From positions 1 through 56,127 of IMG/VR virus record IMGVR_UViG_3300040856_002539: 56,127 nucleotides of DNA. One strand, written 5' to 3'. The stretch comes from a virus. Its lineage: Duplodnaviria; Caudoviricetes. Below, piece by piece: positions 33,904 to 43,893 of this stretch (its first letter is position 1; the number at the start of each line of letters is the position of its first letter). Made by a program: the position numbers and the translations under genes. The notes under the pieces are model-generated. The model saw nothing but the letters and a program-made list of their open reading frames with translations, searched no databases and was not told the origin of the DNA.

Positions 33904-36242
33904 TATTGTGGTACTCTAAAGAATGTTGTCTGTGGGACTTTGCCGACACAATCGACCACAGAAATAATTTGATCCTGTATTCCGGGATCAGCATATTGAT
34001 CTGCTGATACTCTATCTATACAGAATCTTGGGATTAATTTAGCATTATTTCCGGTTTCACTTTCAATATAAATTCTGGGAATATCTTTAAATCCCTCGCC
34101 AAAAGAAGTGATCTTAATGCTTTCTAGAGCACCAAATGCGCCAAACTTTGGAACTACAACTGCTCCATTATCTGGCGAAATAACTATCTTATCATTTTCT
34201 GTGTATCCAAATCCAGCATTTTCGATTTCAAGTCCACAAAGATATAAAATAATAGGATATTGTCCAGTACCAAGCGATGGATAATCACCACGAACAATAG
34301 CACTTGGGATTTGTACTGGTGCTGTAATAGAACCAAAATTATTCACTGTATAATCAACACCTCCACTAATAATTTCACCACCAAATTCGACTGTAGTTCC
34401 ATTCGGAAGTCTTATAGTATCTCCAGAAGAAAGATCGATGGTATCTCCAGGAACATATGGGACATCATAAGTTCCATCTTCATGTCTTACTGTTGTATTA
34501 TCAGCAGGTGCCCACACTCTTCCGTCTCCTCCTCGATCTCCATTAGGACTTGGGAGATAGTTGATTCCTGGATCTATAATAACTACAGCCACTACACCTG
34601 TCGTAGTTCCCGTGGGCGAAGTCGATTGGGTACCATCATCGAGAGAAACAACACCAAGAATTGCTCTTCCGGTTGCCCCTCTTCCTTTCCCGCACGCATC
34701 GTAGAACCTAACAAAAGGTGCCCTTGTATAACCAGAACCAAAAGAAGTAATATCAACTCCCAATATTTGTCCTGTGGCACTTACAATTGCATTTCCTGTA
34801 GCACCACTCCCACCACCACCAAAGAATTCTACTGTAGGAGGCCCACACAAGATTGCATCGACATTACAATTATTAGCAAATACATCACTAAAATCTAGAT
34901 CAAAATCAAAATTGTCCGGATTTATTGCTTCTGATACGCCACTCGCATAAGATTTAATTTTGCCAACCAAAGAATTTATATCAAGTGAAAATGTTCCGGT
35001 CGATCCAGCACCATCCCAGATATTCCACTCCTTTACTTCAGGACAATCTGGAGTTTCTTCGCAAGAAAGAAAAGACAATAGGTCTACAATAAAATTAATT
35101 ATATCTCCGGCCAAATCAAATGCTCCCAAAAGTGCTTTCACAGGAGCAAGTATTGCATTTAATGCAGATGTGATCAATCCAATCAACTTTCCAAGCAATC
35201 CACCGAGCATATTTTCGACTGCACATAGCGGAACATTGATGAATCTATCAACAGCAGCAAGTAAAAACTTGCCAATCATTTTAAGGAGATTGCTAATAAT
35301 TTTTCTGAATAAGCAAGCAATTAAATCATTGGCAGTTTCCATCGATTCCTTAAACCCTGCCCTTTGATTTGGAAAAAGCAAGTAGTATAAATCCTTTGCT
35401 GTGTTGTTAATTTTATTAGTTACGAATTTTTGTATTTCGGTGATGACCCACTTAACTCCACCTGAGATAAATTTTGCTGCATCATTTATAGCATTGTTTA
35501 TAAAATTTTCAACATCTTGTATTCCTTCGGTAACAGTTTGTCTCCAGTCATTAATTTGATTTCTAACTCTTTCAATTTTCTGTATAAGATTTCTGATCTT
35601 TATTTGAACCTCACTTAATGGAACTCTATTGCACTGAGATGGAACTGCCAATGATGCATTTTCTTCTTTCCCTGCAGTTTGGTCGGCAGTATTATTTTCA
35701 AGAGGAGTATTTAAAGTATTGGATTCAATACTAGAAGATTTGCCGCCTTGTCCAGATCCATCTACCTGCGGAGAACCACCTGGTGGAATCGCATAATAAG
35801 GAATCAGTTGGTCAATCTGAAAGGCAGTTATCGGATCAAAACCTTTTTTCTGCTTTCTTTCTAGAACTGTCTGCTCATTATTTCCGATACATCCAAGAAT
35901 CAATGGTTCATTGCCATCGATTCCGTCTTTATAAATTCCAAATACAACAGAACCTTGTCTTAGATTTGATGTCTGATAACTAGCAGCGTGGCCAGAACCA
36001 GCAGTGACTGGATAAAGAACTTCACATAACTCAAGTTTATCATCACTGAGTTTTTCTTTTACATCTGTATGTTTACCAAAAATTCTTACCTTATATCTTG
36101 CTCCCCATCCAGGTAGTTCATCAATGCTTGACCATTTTTCTGCTTTTTGATTTCCTTTCCAAGTGACATCAGATACAACAATTCCTGTCCACCAATATGT
36201 TCCTGCTCCTACTGATTCTGAATTGAAAAGATTATTTGTCAT
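33903..36242 (-). CDS. Baseplate hub/central spike protein, gp5-like
   Basis: N-terminal OB fold WWTGIV...RYKVRIFGKH...G..VFG...DG....P.ILG; no recognisable lysozyme domain. Confidence 0.8.
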   Translation of the reverse strand: MTNNLFNSESVGAGTYWWTGIVVSDVTWKGNQKAEKWSSIDELPGWGARYKVRIFGKHTDVKEKLSDDKLELCEVLYPVTAGSGHAASYQTSNLRQGSVVFGIYKDGIDGNEPLILGCIGNNEQTVLERKQKKGFDPITAFQIDQLIPYYAIPPGGSPQVDGSGQGGKSSSIESNTLNTPLENNTADQTAGKEENASLAVPSQCNRVPLSEVQIKIRNLIQKIERVRNQINDWRQTVTEGIQDVENFINNAINDAAKFISGGVKWVITEIQKFVTNKINNTAKDLYYLLFPNQRAGFKESMETANDLIACLFRKIISNLLKMIGKFLLAAVDRFINVPLCAVENMLGGLLGKLIGLITSALNAILAPVKALLGAFDLAGDIINFIVDLLSFLSCEETPDCPEVKEWNIWDGAGSTGTFSLDINSLVGKIKSYASGVSEAINPDNFDFDLDFSDVFANNCNVDAILCGPPTVEFFGGGGSGATGNAIVSATGQILGVDITSFGSGYTRAPFVRFYDACGKGRGATGRAILGVVSLDDGTQSTSPTGTTTGVVAVVIIDPGINYLPSPNGDRGGDGRVWAPADNTTVRHEDGTYDVPYVPGDTIDLSSGDTIRLPNGTTVEFGGEIISGGVDYTVNNFGSITAPVQIPSAIVRGDYPSLGTGQYPIILYLCGLEIENAGFGYTENDKIVISPDNGAVVVPKFGAFGALESIKITSFGEGFKDIPRIYIESETGNNAKLIPRFCIDRVSADQYADPGIQDQIISVVDCVGKVPQTTFFRVPQ

Positions 36243-37549
36243 CTTTTAAATGGCTTCCTACCATAAGAATCTCTTACCAAAGTCAATTGTGTGTATGTGC
36301 TACCACGAGCATCCAATTGCTGAATAAGACTTGCTATCATATATATGCCACTATTTTTGCCGCTGACTACTTGCGTCCTATCACTGCTCAATTCCGGAAA
36401 ATCACAATAAATTAAATCACCGGCACGATGGGAATAGTCACCTGCTATTACAATATTCAGAATAATTGTGAAAAGTTGATTATAACGACTGGCTGCTTGT
36501 GCTGTGATTTCATCGACATTATAATCTTGTTTCTTTGATTTATCCTTATCAATTGGCTGCATAATACCAACTGGTTGCATCTTACTTATGATTCTTGTTG
36601 GCTTTCCTGCAATATCTTCTGGTAGAATTGGTAGATTATTTCCTGCTAAGTTTACTCCTTTTTTTCCTTCATCTTCATAAGTAATTTCTTTTTGTTGGTA
36701 TCTTGTTCCATAATAATCATAAGTTTTAACCTGAGACCCATAAGCACCAATTGCCATTTTTTGTTGGACATCAATATTAATAACTGGAGTCGCTTCTAAT
36801 ATTTTTCCATCATAACCTACTGGAAGTTCTGTGGTGTTATTGTAAATATATTTCTTATATCCTCTATTTTCGTCAAGGAGTTTTTCGATTGACTTGAACT
36901 TGAAGCCATCATGAGTTTCGAAGAAAAAGAATCCAGCAGAAGCAGCAGTGCTGTCTACTGGGATACTCCTTTTCCCCAACCAAGTGCATTTATAAAATGG
37001 CTTTTCGGTGTGGCCGATAAAAGAATATTCATTTTCTGTAGCTTCAATATCAACATCTTTTTCTGTCTTTAAGAAATTTTTGAGGATAGTATCTACAGAT
37101 GTTGATATTTTTCCATCGAATCTTTCATCGACTCTTGTTTCGACCAACTCATTTGTAAAGAATTCTTTTGTTACGAGATCAATCACAAACACCATGTTTT
37201 GTGTGTGCTCCATTTTATTTCGTATTCTTCCAATGTATAAAGACTTTTCATCAGAAAAACGAAGTTGATTTCCATACCCATCTTCCATATGGAGTTCTAC
37301 TTTTTCTCCACCACACATATCAAGTCCTTCGATAAGACCCACATATTTTCCATCACTTTGAATTGAGTATCCAGTATCTGCTATGATTGCTGTTGCTTTA
37401 ACTTGATTTTCTAGGATACTTTCGTAATAATGTAAGTTGACAAAGATACCTTCTTTTTGTGGTATATCCGCAAACTTATTATTTCGGTTAGAATAAATCC
37501 TAAACTTTGTAACATTAAAATCGTTTACTGTCTGATTGTTTAATCCCAT
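36239..37549 (-). CDS. Baseplate hub protein, gp27-like
   Basis: YYESIL...DTG...GGE.V; GFFFFET.DGFKFKSI; GD...AGD.I...SG.YMI..L...T.L.LVRDS. Confidence 0.75.
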   Translation of the reverse strand: MGLNNQTVNDFNVTKFRIYSNRNNKFADIPQKEGIFVNLHYYESILENQVKATAIIADTGYSIQSDGKYVGLIEGLDMCGGEKVELHMEDGYGNQLRFSDEKSLYIGRIRNKMEHTQNMVFVIDLVTKEFFTNELVETRVDERFDGKISTSVDTILKNFLKTEKDVDIEATENEYSFIGHTEKPFYKCTWLGKRSIPVDSTAASAGFFFFETHDGFKFKSIEKLLDENRGYKKYIYNNTTELPVGYDGKILEATPVINIDVQQKMAIGAYGSQVKTYDYYGTRYQQKEITYEDEGKKGVNLAGNNLPILPEDIAGKPTRIISKMQPVGIMQPIDKDKSKKQDYNVDEITAQAASRYNQLFTIILNIVIAGDYSHRAGDLIYCDFPELSSDRTQVVSGKNSGIYMIASLIQQLDARGSTYTQLTLVRDSYGRKPFKR

Positions 37550-40506
37550 TATGTCGAATATAGAGATGCGGTGATTGGCAAAGTATTATTATTATGTATG
37601 ACAGTGGGAGCATTACTTGCTACTTGTGTTGGAATTGATTTCTCAACTATAATTGGTTGTACAGCAAGAGATCTGCTAGCGATTTCATAAGTAGCGTTTT
37701 GTGCTACAGCCGATGCTATATCTTGTTTTGGTTGTGGTGCTATTGATGCCTTTTCCCAAACCCCTGTATTTGGATTTTGTTTTAATCCAGATTTTGATGG
37801 ATCCCATCTTTGTCTTGTAAGGTTTGTTCTTACAGTTGCTGGAGTTGGAGATGGTGGGCGAGTGTCTGGTTTTGGTTTTGTTTTTGCTTGTGTCGATTTT
37901 GGAGCATATCCACCAATCCAATCAAAGTGTGTGGATTGTGGAGAATACTCATTGTGCTTAAAGCCAAATATATGAGCATTATTTTTTATCCATTCGCCAG
38001 CAGAAGAGTTCCAATTAATATCAAACGCCTCTCCAGTCAAATGTCTAGATCCTTGGGCACCTCCAACTCTTCTGTTGTGCTCCGGATCTCTTAATGCAAC
38101 TGATATTCCGCTTCCTAAGTTTATTCCATCTTTTCTTGCAGCTGCTGCCATATCAATAAATGCATCAGCTATAACTCCTTTTAGCTTAATTGGCCTACCA
38201 GAAGAATCTTTTATTCCGGTATCTTTTAGATTTCCAGAAACTGATTGAGGTGCCAATTGAGTTACTGTTCCTCTAGTTTCTTGGGAAATCTGAGCGGCAG
38301 ATAATTTACCTGCTCTAAATGCAGCAATTTGCGCTCCACGAGGCTCAAATCCAAACACATGTCCATGTCTTTTGATTTCTGTGTCATCCGCTAGATGATT
38401 ATTGGCAGCTTCATATGCTATTGCTCTGAAGCTATCTCTAGGCCCAACAAAAGTTCTAGAAGAACCTTGCATCGTAGTATCAAGAAGTGCCGCAGCAACA
38501 GACTCTAACTGTGCTTGGGTTCTCCCCTTTCCATATTTTTTTATAAAATTGACAGCAGAATCTTTATCTTTTATCGCTTGCCACGCAGATATTGTTCCAT
38601 AATCTCTCACTGGCTGAAATTGTCCTCCGTTGCCTTGTAATATTACTTGCCTTATAGTGCTTGGCCAAGAAGAAGATGAAACTCTATTGTAAATTACTTG
38701 AGCAACATCTGCTGCTCCTTGTGGGTGAGAATTTTCTAATAAGGCACCAACGGCAAGTAACCAAAAATCCGGACTATCGCTAGAAACAGAAACACTTCCT
38801 CCACCAGCTCCTCCTCCACCACCCATTCCAGGAACACCACCACCATAAATGTTCTGTCTATTCAGTTGCTGACGAATTGCCTGTAAAGTATTAGAGACTT
38901 TACTATTGACCATTGTCTGTAGCGTCTTGGCAATTCTTTCTCCTATTTTCATGCCAACATTTTCTTCAGTTGACATCGTTCTAGGAATCATTCCACCACC
39001 AGCAAGACCAACAATTTGTCTTTGTATATTAGCTGTAGTTTCAGAATCTATTGCACTTTGAATAAGATAACCAAGTCCTATTCCGAATTGTTTGAATACT
39101 CTGTTATCAAATCGTTGTCCCATTTGGGAATCTATGGTGGAGCCCATAACTCCACCAATTAATGGTATTGTTTTATATTCTTTTGATGTACTTTCTAGTA
39201 CTCCTAGTGGATTCTTTTGTCTTGGATCAGTCGAAGTTGGGAATAATTTTTCAATTTGTTTTTTCCCACCAATGTCTTTGCCTGGAATTGATTTTTGAGG
39301 TGTAGTTCTTGGTGGTTTTGATTTTACTTTTCTTATTGTTCTCTTTACCGCACCACCAACTTTTTTCCCTCCTCTTGTGGCCTGGCCACCTTTTGCTTTT
39401 GCTTTTAGTTTATCATCGCCAACAAGACTATCATAAAGTGCTCCACCCACAAGATCACCGACAATGCCACCAAGAATAGTGCCAGCAAGTGGAATTCCAG
39501 TAAAAGTACCGAGTGTAGATCCTATAGTAGCACCAAGTGCCTTTGCTGCCGCTCTACCTGGCTTCTCTTTGAATATGACTGTGCTAATGATAAAGTCAAC
39601 GAGTCCACCAATGATCGGAATTTTTCCTAGTGCCTTTCCTGCAAATCTTCCCGTAAGTCTACCTGCCGTTTTTCTAGTCAGACCTTTGAAACTTCTTTTT
39701 CCAAACTTTTCTACATATGCTTTTTCGCCATATCTCTCTAAGAATCTTGCCTGAGATCTTTTACTTACTCTTCTTCCTGTTTGCTTATCAACGCCAAGTC
39801 TTTCTCTCTTTCCACCATCAAAATCTACTCCACCGCCAGTGGCAGCAAGTCCAGCGATGATAGCAAGATTTGCAAAAGTATTAAATTGCTTGTTGAATTC
39901 GTCAAACTTTTTCCCCAGGTCTTCTCCGCCAATAGACTTGGCAATTTCTTTGATCTTATCCTGTGCCTTATATCCGGCTCCAATAAAATCAACTATTCCA
40001 TTTAAAATATTACCAGTAAGGTTTTCAAAAAATTCAAATGCTGGTACTAGTAGTTTCGTAAATTTAAGTATTTCTGGGATGTGCTTTCCAAACTTGACAA
40101 ATGCAGATCCAAGTAGAGTATAAAAAAGAAACTGCCTTATTCTATCCAAAAATCCCATTTTAGGGAATGGAGTTGGTTTGATATTTGGCAAATTTCTTTC
40201 TTTCTTCTCTTCTAATCTTAGTTCCTTTTCTTCTCTTTTTTTATTTTCGTTTTGTTTCTTATTATTTTCTTCCTCTTTTTTTCTTAGTACTCGACCTTTT
40301 GCAATTAACTTTTGTATCTTCTTGACATCTTTATCGATCTGGATTAATTCGGATAATATTGTTTTCTTTTCTTCGTTGCCCGAATTCGAACTTGGTTGGA
40401 CTCCAGCATCAGGTCTTGTAGTACCAGAAACAGTGGCTCCAGTTGTCGTTGGACTAATACTAGTAGATGTAGATCTCCCAAAAAAAGTTTCTGTATTAAT
40501 TGCCAT
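37549..40506 (-). CDS. Tape-measure-like protein with SleB/Hydrolase_2 and M15 peptidase domains
   Basis: Helical/Gly-zipper N-half; LEN...VAQVIYNRV...P.TI..VI...QF; SRHLTGEAFDI...HFD. Confidence 0.75.
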   Translation of the reverse strand: MAINTETFFGRSTSTSISPTTTGATVSGTTRPDAGVQPSSNSGNEEKKTILSELIQIDKDVKKIQKLIAKGRVLRKKEEENNKKQNENKKREEKELRLEEKKERNLPNIKPTPFPKMGFLDRIRQFLFYTLLGSAFVKFGKHIPEILKFTKLLVPAFEFFENLTGNILNGIVDFIGAGYKAQDKIKEIAKSIGGEDLGKKFDEFNKQFNTFANLAIIAGLAATGGGVDFDGGKRERLGVDKQTGRRVSKRSQARFLERYGEKAYVEKFGKRSFKGLTRKTAGRLTGRFAGKALGKIPIIGGLVDFIISTVIFKEKPGRAAAKALGATIGSTLGTFTGIPLAGTILGGIVGDLVGGALYDSLVGDDKLKAKAKGGQATRGGKKVGGAVKRTIRKVKSKPPRTTPQKSIPGKDIGGKKQIEKLFPTSTDPRQKNPLGVLESTSKEYKTIPLIGGVMGSTIDSQMGQRFDNRVFKQFGIGLGYLIQSAIDSETTANIQRQIVGLAGGGMIPRTMSTEENVGMKIGERIAKTLQTMVNSKVSNTLQAIRQQLNRQNIYGGGVPGMGGGGGAGGGSVSVSSDSPDFWLLAVGALLENSHPQGAADVAQVIYNRVSSSSWPSTIRQVILQGNGGQFQPVRDYGTISAWQAIKDKDSAVNFIKKYGKGRTQAQLESVAAALLDTTMQGSSRTFVGPRDSFRAIAYEAANNHLADDTEIKRHGHVFGFEPRGAQIAAFRAGKLSAAQISQETRGTVTQLAPQSVSGNLKDTGIKDSSGRPIKLKGVIADAFIDMAAAARKDGINLGSGISVALRDPEHNRRVGGAQGSRHLTGEAFDINWNSSAGEWIKNNAHIFGFKHNEYSPQSTHFDWIGGYAPKSTQAKTKPKPDTRPPSPTPATVRTNLTRQRWDPSKSGLKQNPNTGVWEKASIAPQPKQDIASAVAQNATYEIASRSLAVQPIIVEKSIPTQVASNAPTVIHNNNTLPITASLYST

Positions 40507-40507
40507 C

Positions 40508-42970
40508 TTATGCTATCCCATAAATTGAGGCATTGATTTTCGCAGAAACATTATCTGGGGGCATAAATTGTGGTACTTTTGTTCCTCCAGAAGATGCTAC
40601 TTCCTGTCCAGCTTGCTGCACGATTGGTGGGAGTTCGACAAATGATATTTTTGTATTTGCCACTGGAGGCCCTGGCAGTTGCATTTTTGCTTGTTGTCCG
40701 AGACTCAAACTTTTTTGATATGTTTCTCTGAGAAGTTCTGGCGATTTTACTGGTTGATTGTAATTACTCTTTCCTTGGAGATTTGGGATAGACGCCCATT
40801 CAGGAGCAATCTTATTCATGATTGCTCTACTTAATCCTTGTGTCTTTAGTTGCTGTAGAGTTACTCCTCTGAATTTGGCAAGAGCCCAGGCAGCACGATC
40901 TTGATTTTCTGGAGTCATCTTATCTGATGGCCTGAGAACTTTCATCTTCATCAGTTGCTTCAGTGTATTTGGCATAAACTGATATGCCCCAGAAGCAGTA
41001 GATTCTTTCGGTGGCCATGGTGCTTTTCCGCCACCAAATCTTTGTGGCAACCTATCGGTCATTTGAGTATTAATTAACTCCTTCACTGTCATCTGACGGA
41101 TGGGAATCTCCGATCCACCATAAACAGTATCATAAGAATTTTTTGATTTGATAGTTCCTTCTGCAACTTTCAATGATCTCAAAAATGCCTGAACTTCATT
41201 TGATTTATGTTCATATGTTGGAGCAGGGCCATGCCATGATGGTTTGAAATCCATTTTTGGTGCTGGGGCAGATCCTGTGCCAAACAGTTTTCCGATGCCT
41301 CGCATCATTCCGCCAATCATACCACCACCTTGTGCCAACTGAACATTGTTGACAAACTTTGGAATATTAGTGCCACCACCCATTTTGTTCATATAAAGAA
41401 GTCTATCGGCACCCCAATAATCTACTGCCTTCTTGCTGAATACAACCTCTCCTGGTTGTAATACAGTTGCCTGTGTATCAGCACCTGCCCCAGTCACAGT
41501 AAGTCCAGTGGAGTCATCAACATAACCACCTTCAAATGGCTGAAGCTGGGTCGCTTCTCCACCACCAGCAAATGCCTTGGCAAGTGGAATCATGCCGCCA
41601 CCGGCAAAACCAAGTCCTCCTCTAGATCCAAAGTCCAGAATACTTTTCATTGGACTTGGTTTTTTGCCGTATTCTGGATCTGATTTTTGAAGTTCTTTAT
41701 CTTGCTTTTCTCCTCGTGACTGCATATACATTCCAATTCCAGCCGCTGCAGCACCAGCACCTATAACGGCAGCAGTCTTTGGATTTTTAGCAATAAGTCC
41801 TAATAGTTTTGGTATTCCCGACTTTGCCAGTTTAAAGGTAAGTTTAGCAACAGTTCCAACAAATGCTCTTACAAACTTCCCAAAAGGAGTTGTGAATAAT
41901 ACTAGTCCACCAAGTAATGCTGGCCACCAGTCTTTTAGAAATCTTTTAAGTGTTTCGACTCGTTCTTTGTTTTCTGGATTATTAAACCATTTTATGAAAT
42001 TGACAAATGCCTTTCCTAGTAAAGTGTACCAAAGAAAGTTCAGAATCTTATCAATTAACTTTTGAACTGGAGCAAGCATCTTCACTGCAGAAGAAGCAAT
42101 ATTCTTAATTCCTTTCTCAAGAAAATTTTCTCGTTTTTGTCTTCTCTCTGTTTCTATTCTTTTTCTTTCCGAATCTTGTCTCTTTTTGAATAACTTGTTT
42201 TGTTCATCTAATACTTCTAAAATTTTAGAGACCGATTTATTGATTGAAGTAAGAGTATCAAGAACTTTTTTGTTACCTTCTCCAGATTGAGCAACTGGTG
42301 TATCTGATGGAGAAATTAATTCTTTTGGATCTACTGCATAATATTGATTGGTTCTTCTGTTATATCTTATTACAAAATCTCCAGGTGCATTATCTACTGC
42401 ACTATCCACATTAGCAAGTTGTCCTAATGTCAATCCACTGAAATATTTTTTTATTGTTTGCGCACTTATTTTTTTATTGTTGGGAGTTATAGTCCTATTT
42501 CTTATTCTACTTACTACTTCTTGCTTTTGTTCTTCTTCTTGTGTTGGGGTTTCATTTTCGGGCGCAGGCTTATTTTCAACACCACCTTCATTTTGTGTTC
42601 TTTCACTGGTGTTGATGGACTCATTTGGCGTTCTTTCATTTATTGTATCTTCTATGATATCATCTAATGTTGGTACATCTCTCGACTCTATCTCTTCTTT
42701 TAGATATTGATCTACCAACCACTCTTGATATTTTTCTTGTTGTGTGACATCATCCACCTCTAAAACAAAGATCCCACGAGGATCTTTTTTCATATTTCTT
42801 ATTACTTTGTTAACTTGTACTGTGTTCAAGTTAACAAATGACATATACCGACCGCCACCAGGTTGCTTCTTCCCAGTGAGCCTTGCCCTGAGAACTTTCC
42901 AAAATCTTTCTCCAACTTGTCCAGGAGAATAAAACTTTGCTTTTAAACCTGATGGCGCATCAATTAGCAT
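40508..42970 (-). CDS. Tape-measure-like protein with lambda-lysozyme/GH104-like muramidase domain
   Basis: AFL...AEGT...Y...YGG...STASGAYQF...T...PENQDRAA...EWASIP. Confidence 0.75.
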   Translation of the reverse strand: MLIDAPSGLKAKFYSPGQVGERFWKVLRARLTGKKQPGGGRYMSFVNLNTVQVNKVIRNMKKDPRGIFVLEVDDVTQQEKYQEWLVDQYLKEEIESRDVPTLDDIIEDTINERTPNESINTSERTQNEGGVENKPAPENETPTQEEEQKQEVVSRIRNRTITPNNKKISAQTIKKYFSGLTLGQLANVDSAVDNAPGDFVIRYNRRTNQYYAVDPKELISPSDTPVAQSGEGNKKVLDTLTSINKSVSKILEVLDEQNKLFKKRQDSERKRIETERRQKRENFLEKGIKNIASSAVKMLAPVQKLIDKILNFLWYTLLGKAFVNFIKWFNNPENKERVETLKRFLKDWWPALLGGLVLFTTPFGKFVRAFVGTVAKLTFKLAKSGIPKLLGLIAKNPKTAAVIGAGAAAAGIGMYMQSRGEKQDKELQKSDPEYGKKPSPMKSILDFGSRGGLGFAGGGMIPLAKAFAGGGEATQLQPFEGGYVDDSTGLTVTGAGADTQATVLQPGEVVFSKKAVDYWGADRLLYMNKMGGGTNIPKFVNNVQLAQGGGMIGGMMRGIGKLFGTGSAPAPKMDFKPSWHGPAPTYEHKSNEVQAFLRSLKVAEGTIKSKNSYDTVYGGSEIPIRQMTVKELINTQMTDRLPQRFGGGKAPWPPKESTASGAYQFMPNTLKQLMKMKVLRPSDKMTPENQDRAAWALAKFRGVTLQQLKTQGLSRAIMNKIAPEWASIPNLQGKSNYNQPVKSPELLRETYQKSLSLGQQAKMQLPGPPVANTKISFVELPPIVQQAGQEVASSGGTKVPQFMPPDNVSAKINASIYGIA

Positions 42971-43151
42971 TTTGTTGTTGCTTTAGTTTTTCTTCTTCTA
43001 AATGTTCTTTTAGCCAAGTAACATAAATGTCTCTTTCAAATGGCATCAGATTTTCAATCTCTGTCAAAGAATATTTATGATACTGAATCAAAGAAAAACA
43101 AAGCCGATAATAATTCTCAAGATCAATATGAGAAAGACTTATGCGAAAAAA
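42960..43151 (-). CDS. 'gp51-like' ORF without a start codon; probable -1 frameshift extension of the upstream gene
   Basis: FFRISLSHIDLENYYRLCFSLIQYHKYSLTEIENLMPFERDIYVTWLKEHLEEEKLKQQQNAN*; upstream in-frame TGA; begins at slippery T TTT TTC. Confidence 0.8.
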   Translation of the reverse strand, partial: FFRISLSHIDLENYYRLCFSLIQYHKYSLTEIENLMPFERDIYVTWLKEHLEEEKLKQQQNAN

Positions 43152-43858
43152 GATGTTAACCCTTCAATCAACACTTCACTTTTTATTTTTGTGTTTGGAT
43201 TGTAGACTTCTACCTTATGAGAAAGCTTTGGCATCGTCTCAAAGAATTTTTCAATCAGTTTGAATTGGGAAGAATTCATTTGATCTAGGAACTCTTGCAT
43301 TTCTTTTTTGGTCACATCAGAAGTTGACCACGCCTCATCTTTGGTATAGATCTTGTCGATACATGATGAAATGAGATCAAATGCCTGATCTAAATCGTTA
43401 GACGCATTAAAGTCAAAATTATTCTTGATAAATTCATCAAGAGATGGATATTTCATTTCAATGGAAATGTTGTCATCTAGTTTGATATTCTTATCGTGCC
43501 CATCGAACTTCTGGACTTCAATTTCGTCAACATTAATTTTGACTTGAACTTCAGTTTGCCCATCGTCTGGACAAATGATGTTGACTTCTATTTCTTCTCC
43601 TACTGATTTGCCACGAATATTCAAGAAAAGATATTCGATATCAAATGTAGGAAGAGTTTCTACTTTTACTCCTCTGGTTTCTATGCAGTTCTTGAGTACA
43701 GTTTTGATTGCTTCTGTGATTTGTTTTGTGTCTTCGCTTTCGAGTGCAAGCAAAAGAAGTTTTTCTTCCCTGACTAGAAATGGTCTATATTTTATTTCTT
43801 TTCCGGTTGATGGTAAAGTCAGGTGGAATGAAGGAGTAGAAATTTTGGGGAGCGGCAT
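43139..43858 (-). CDS. gp26-like baseplate hub assembly protein / tail assembly chaperone
   Basis: MPLPKI.TP...LPSTGK.IKYRPFLVREEK.LL...FDIEYLFLNIRGKSVGE...FFETMPKL...EGL.SFF. Confidence 0.9.
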   Translation of the reverse strand: MPLPKISTPSFHLTLPSTGKEIKYRPFLVREEKLLLLALESEDTKQITEAIKTVLKNCIETRGVKVETLPTFDIEYLFLNIRGKSVGEEIEVNIICPDDGQTEVQVKINVDEIEVQKFDGHDKNIKLDDNISIEMKYPSLDEFIKNNFDFNASNDLDQAFDLISSCIDKIYTKDEAWSTSDVTKKEMQEFLDQMNSSQFKLIEKFFETMPKLSHKVEVYNPNTKIKSEVLIEGLTSFFA

Positions 43859-43886
43859 AATATCCTTATGTCATTTCAGTTTTTAT

Positions 43887-43893
43887 TATTTAT
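43887..43893 (-). promoter_or_regulatory. T4-like late promoter
   Basis: ATAAATA. Confidence 0.6.

Noticed and set aside
13544-42932. Numerous 60-210-aa antisense or alternate-frame ORFs inside the large structural genes
   Set aside because: These are expected by-products of biased codon usage, with no SD, promoter or motif support.
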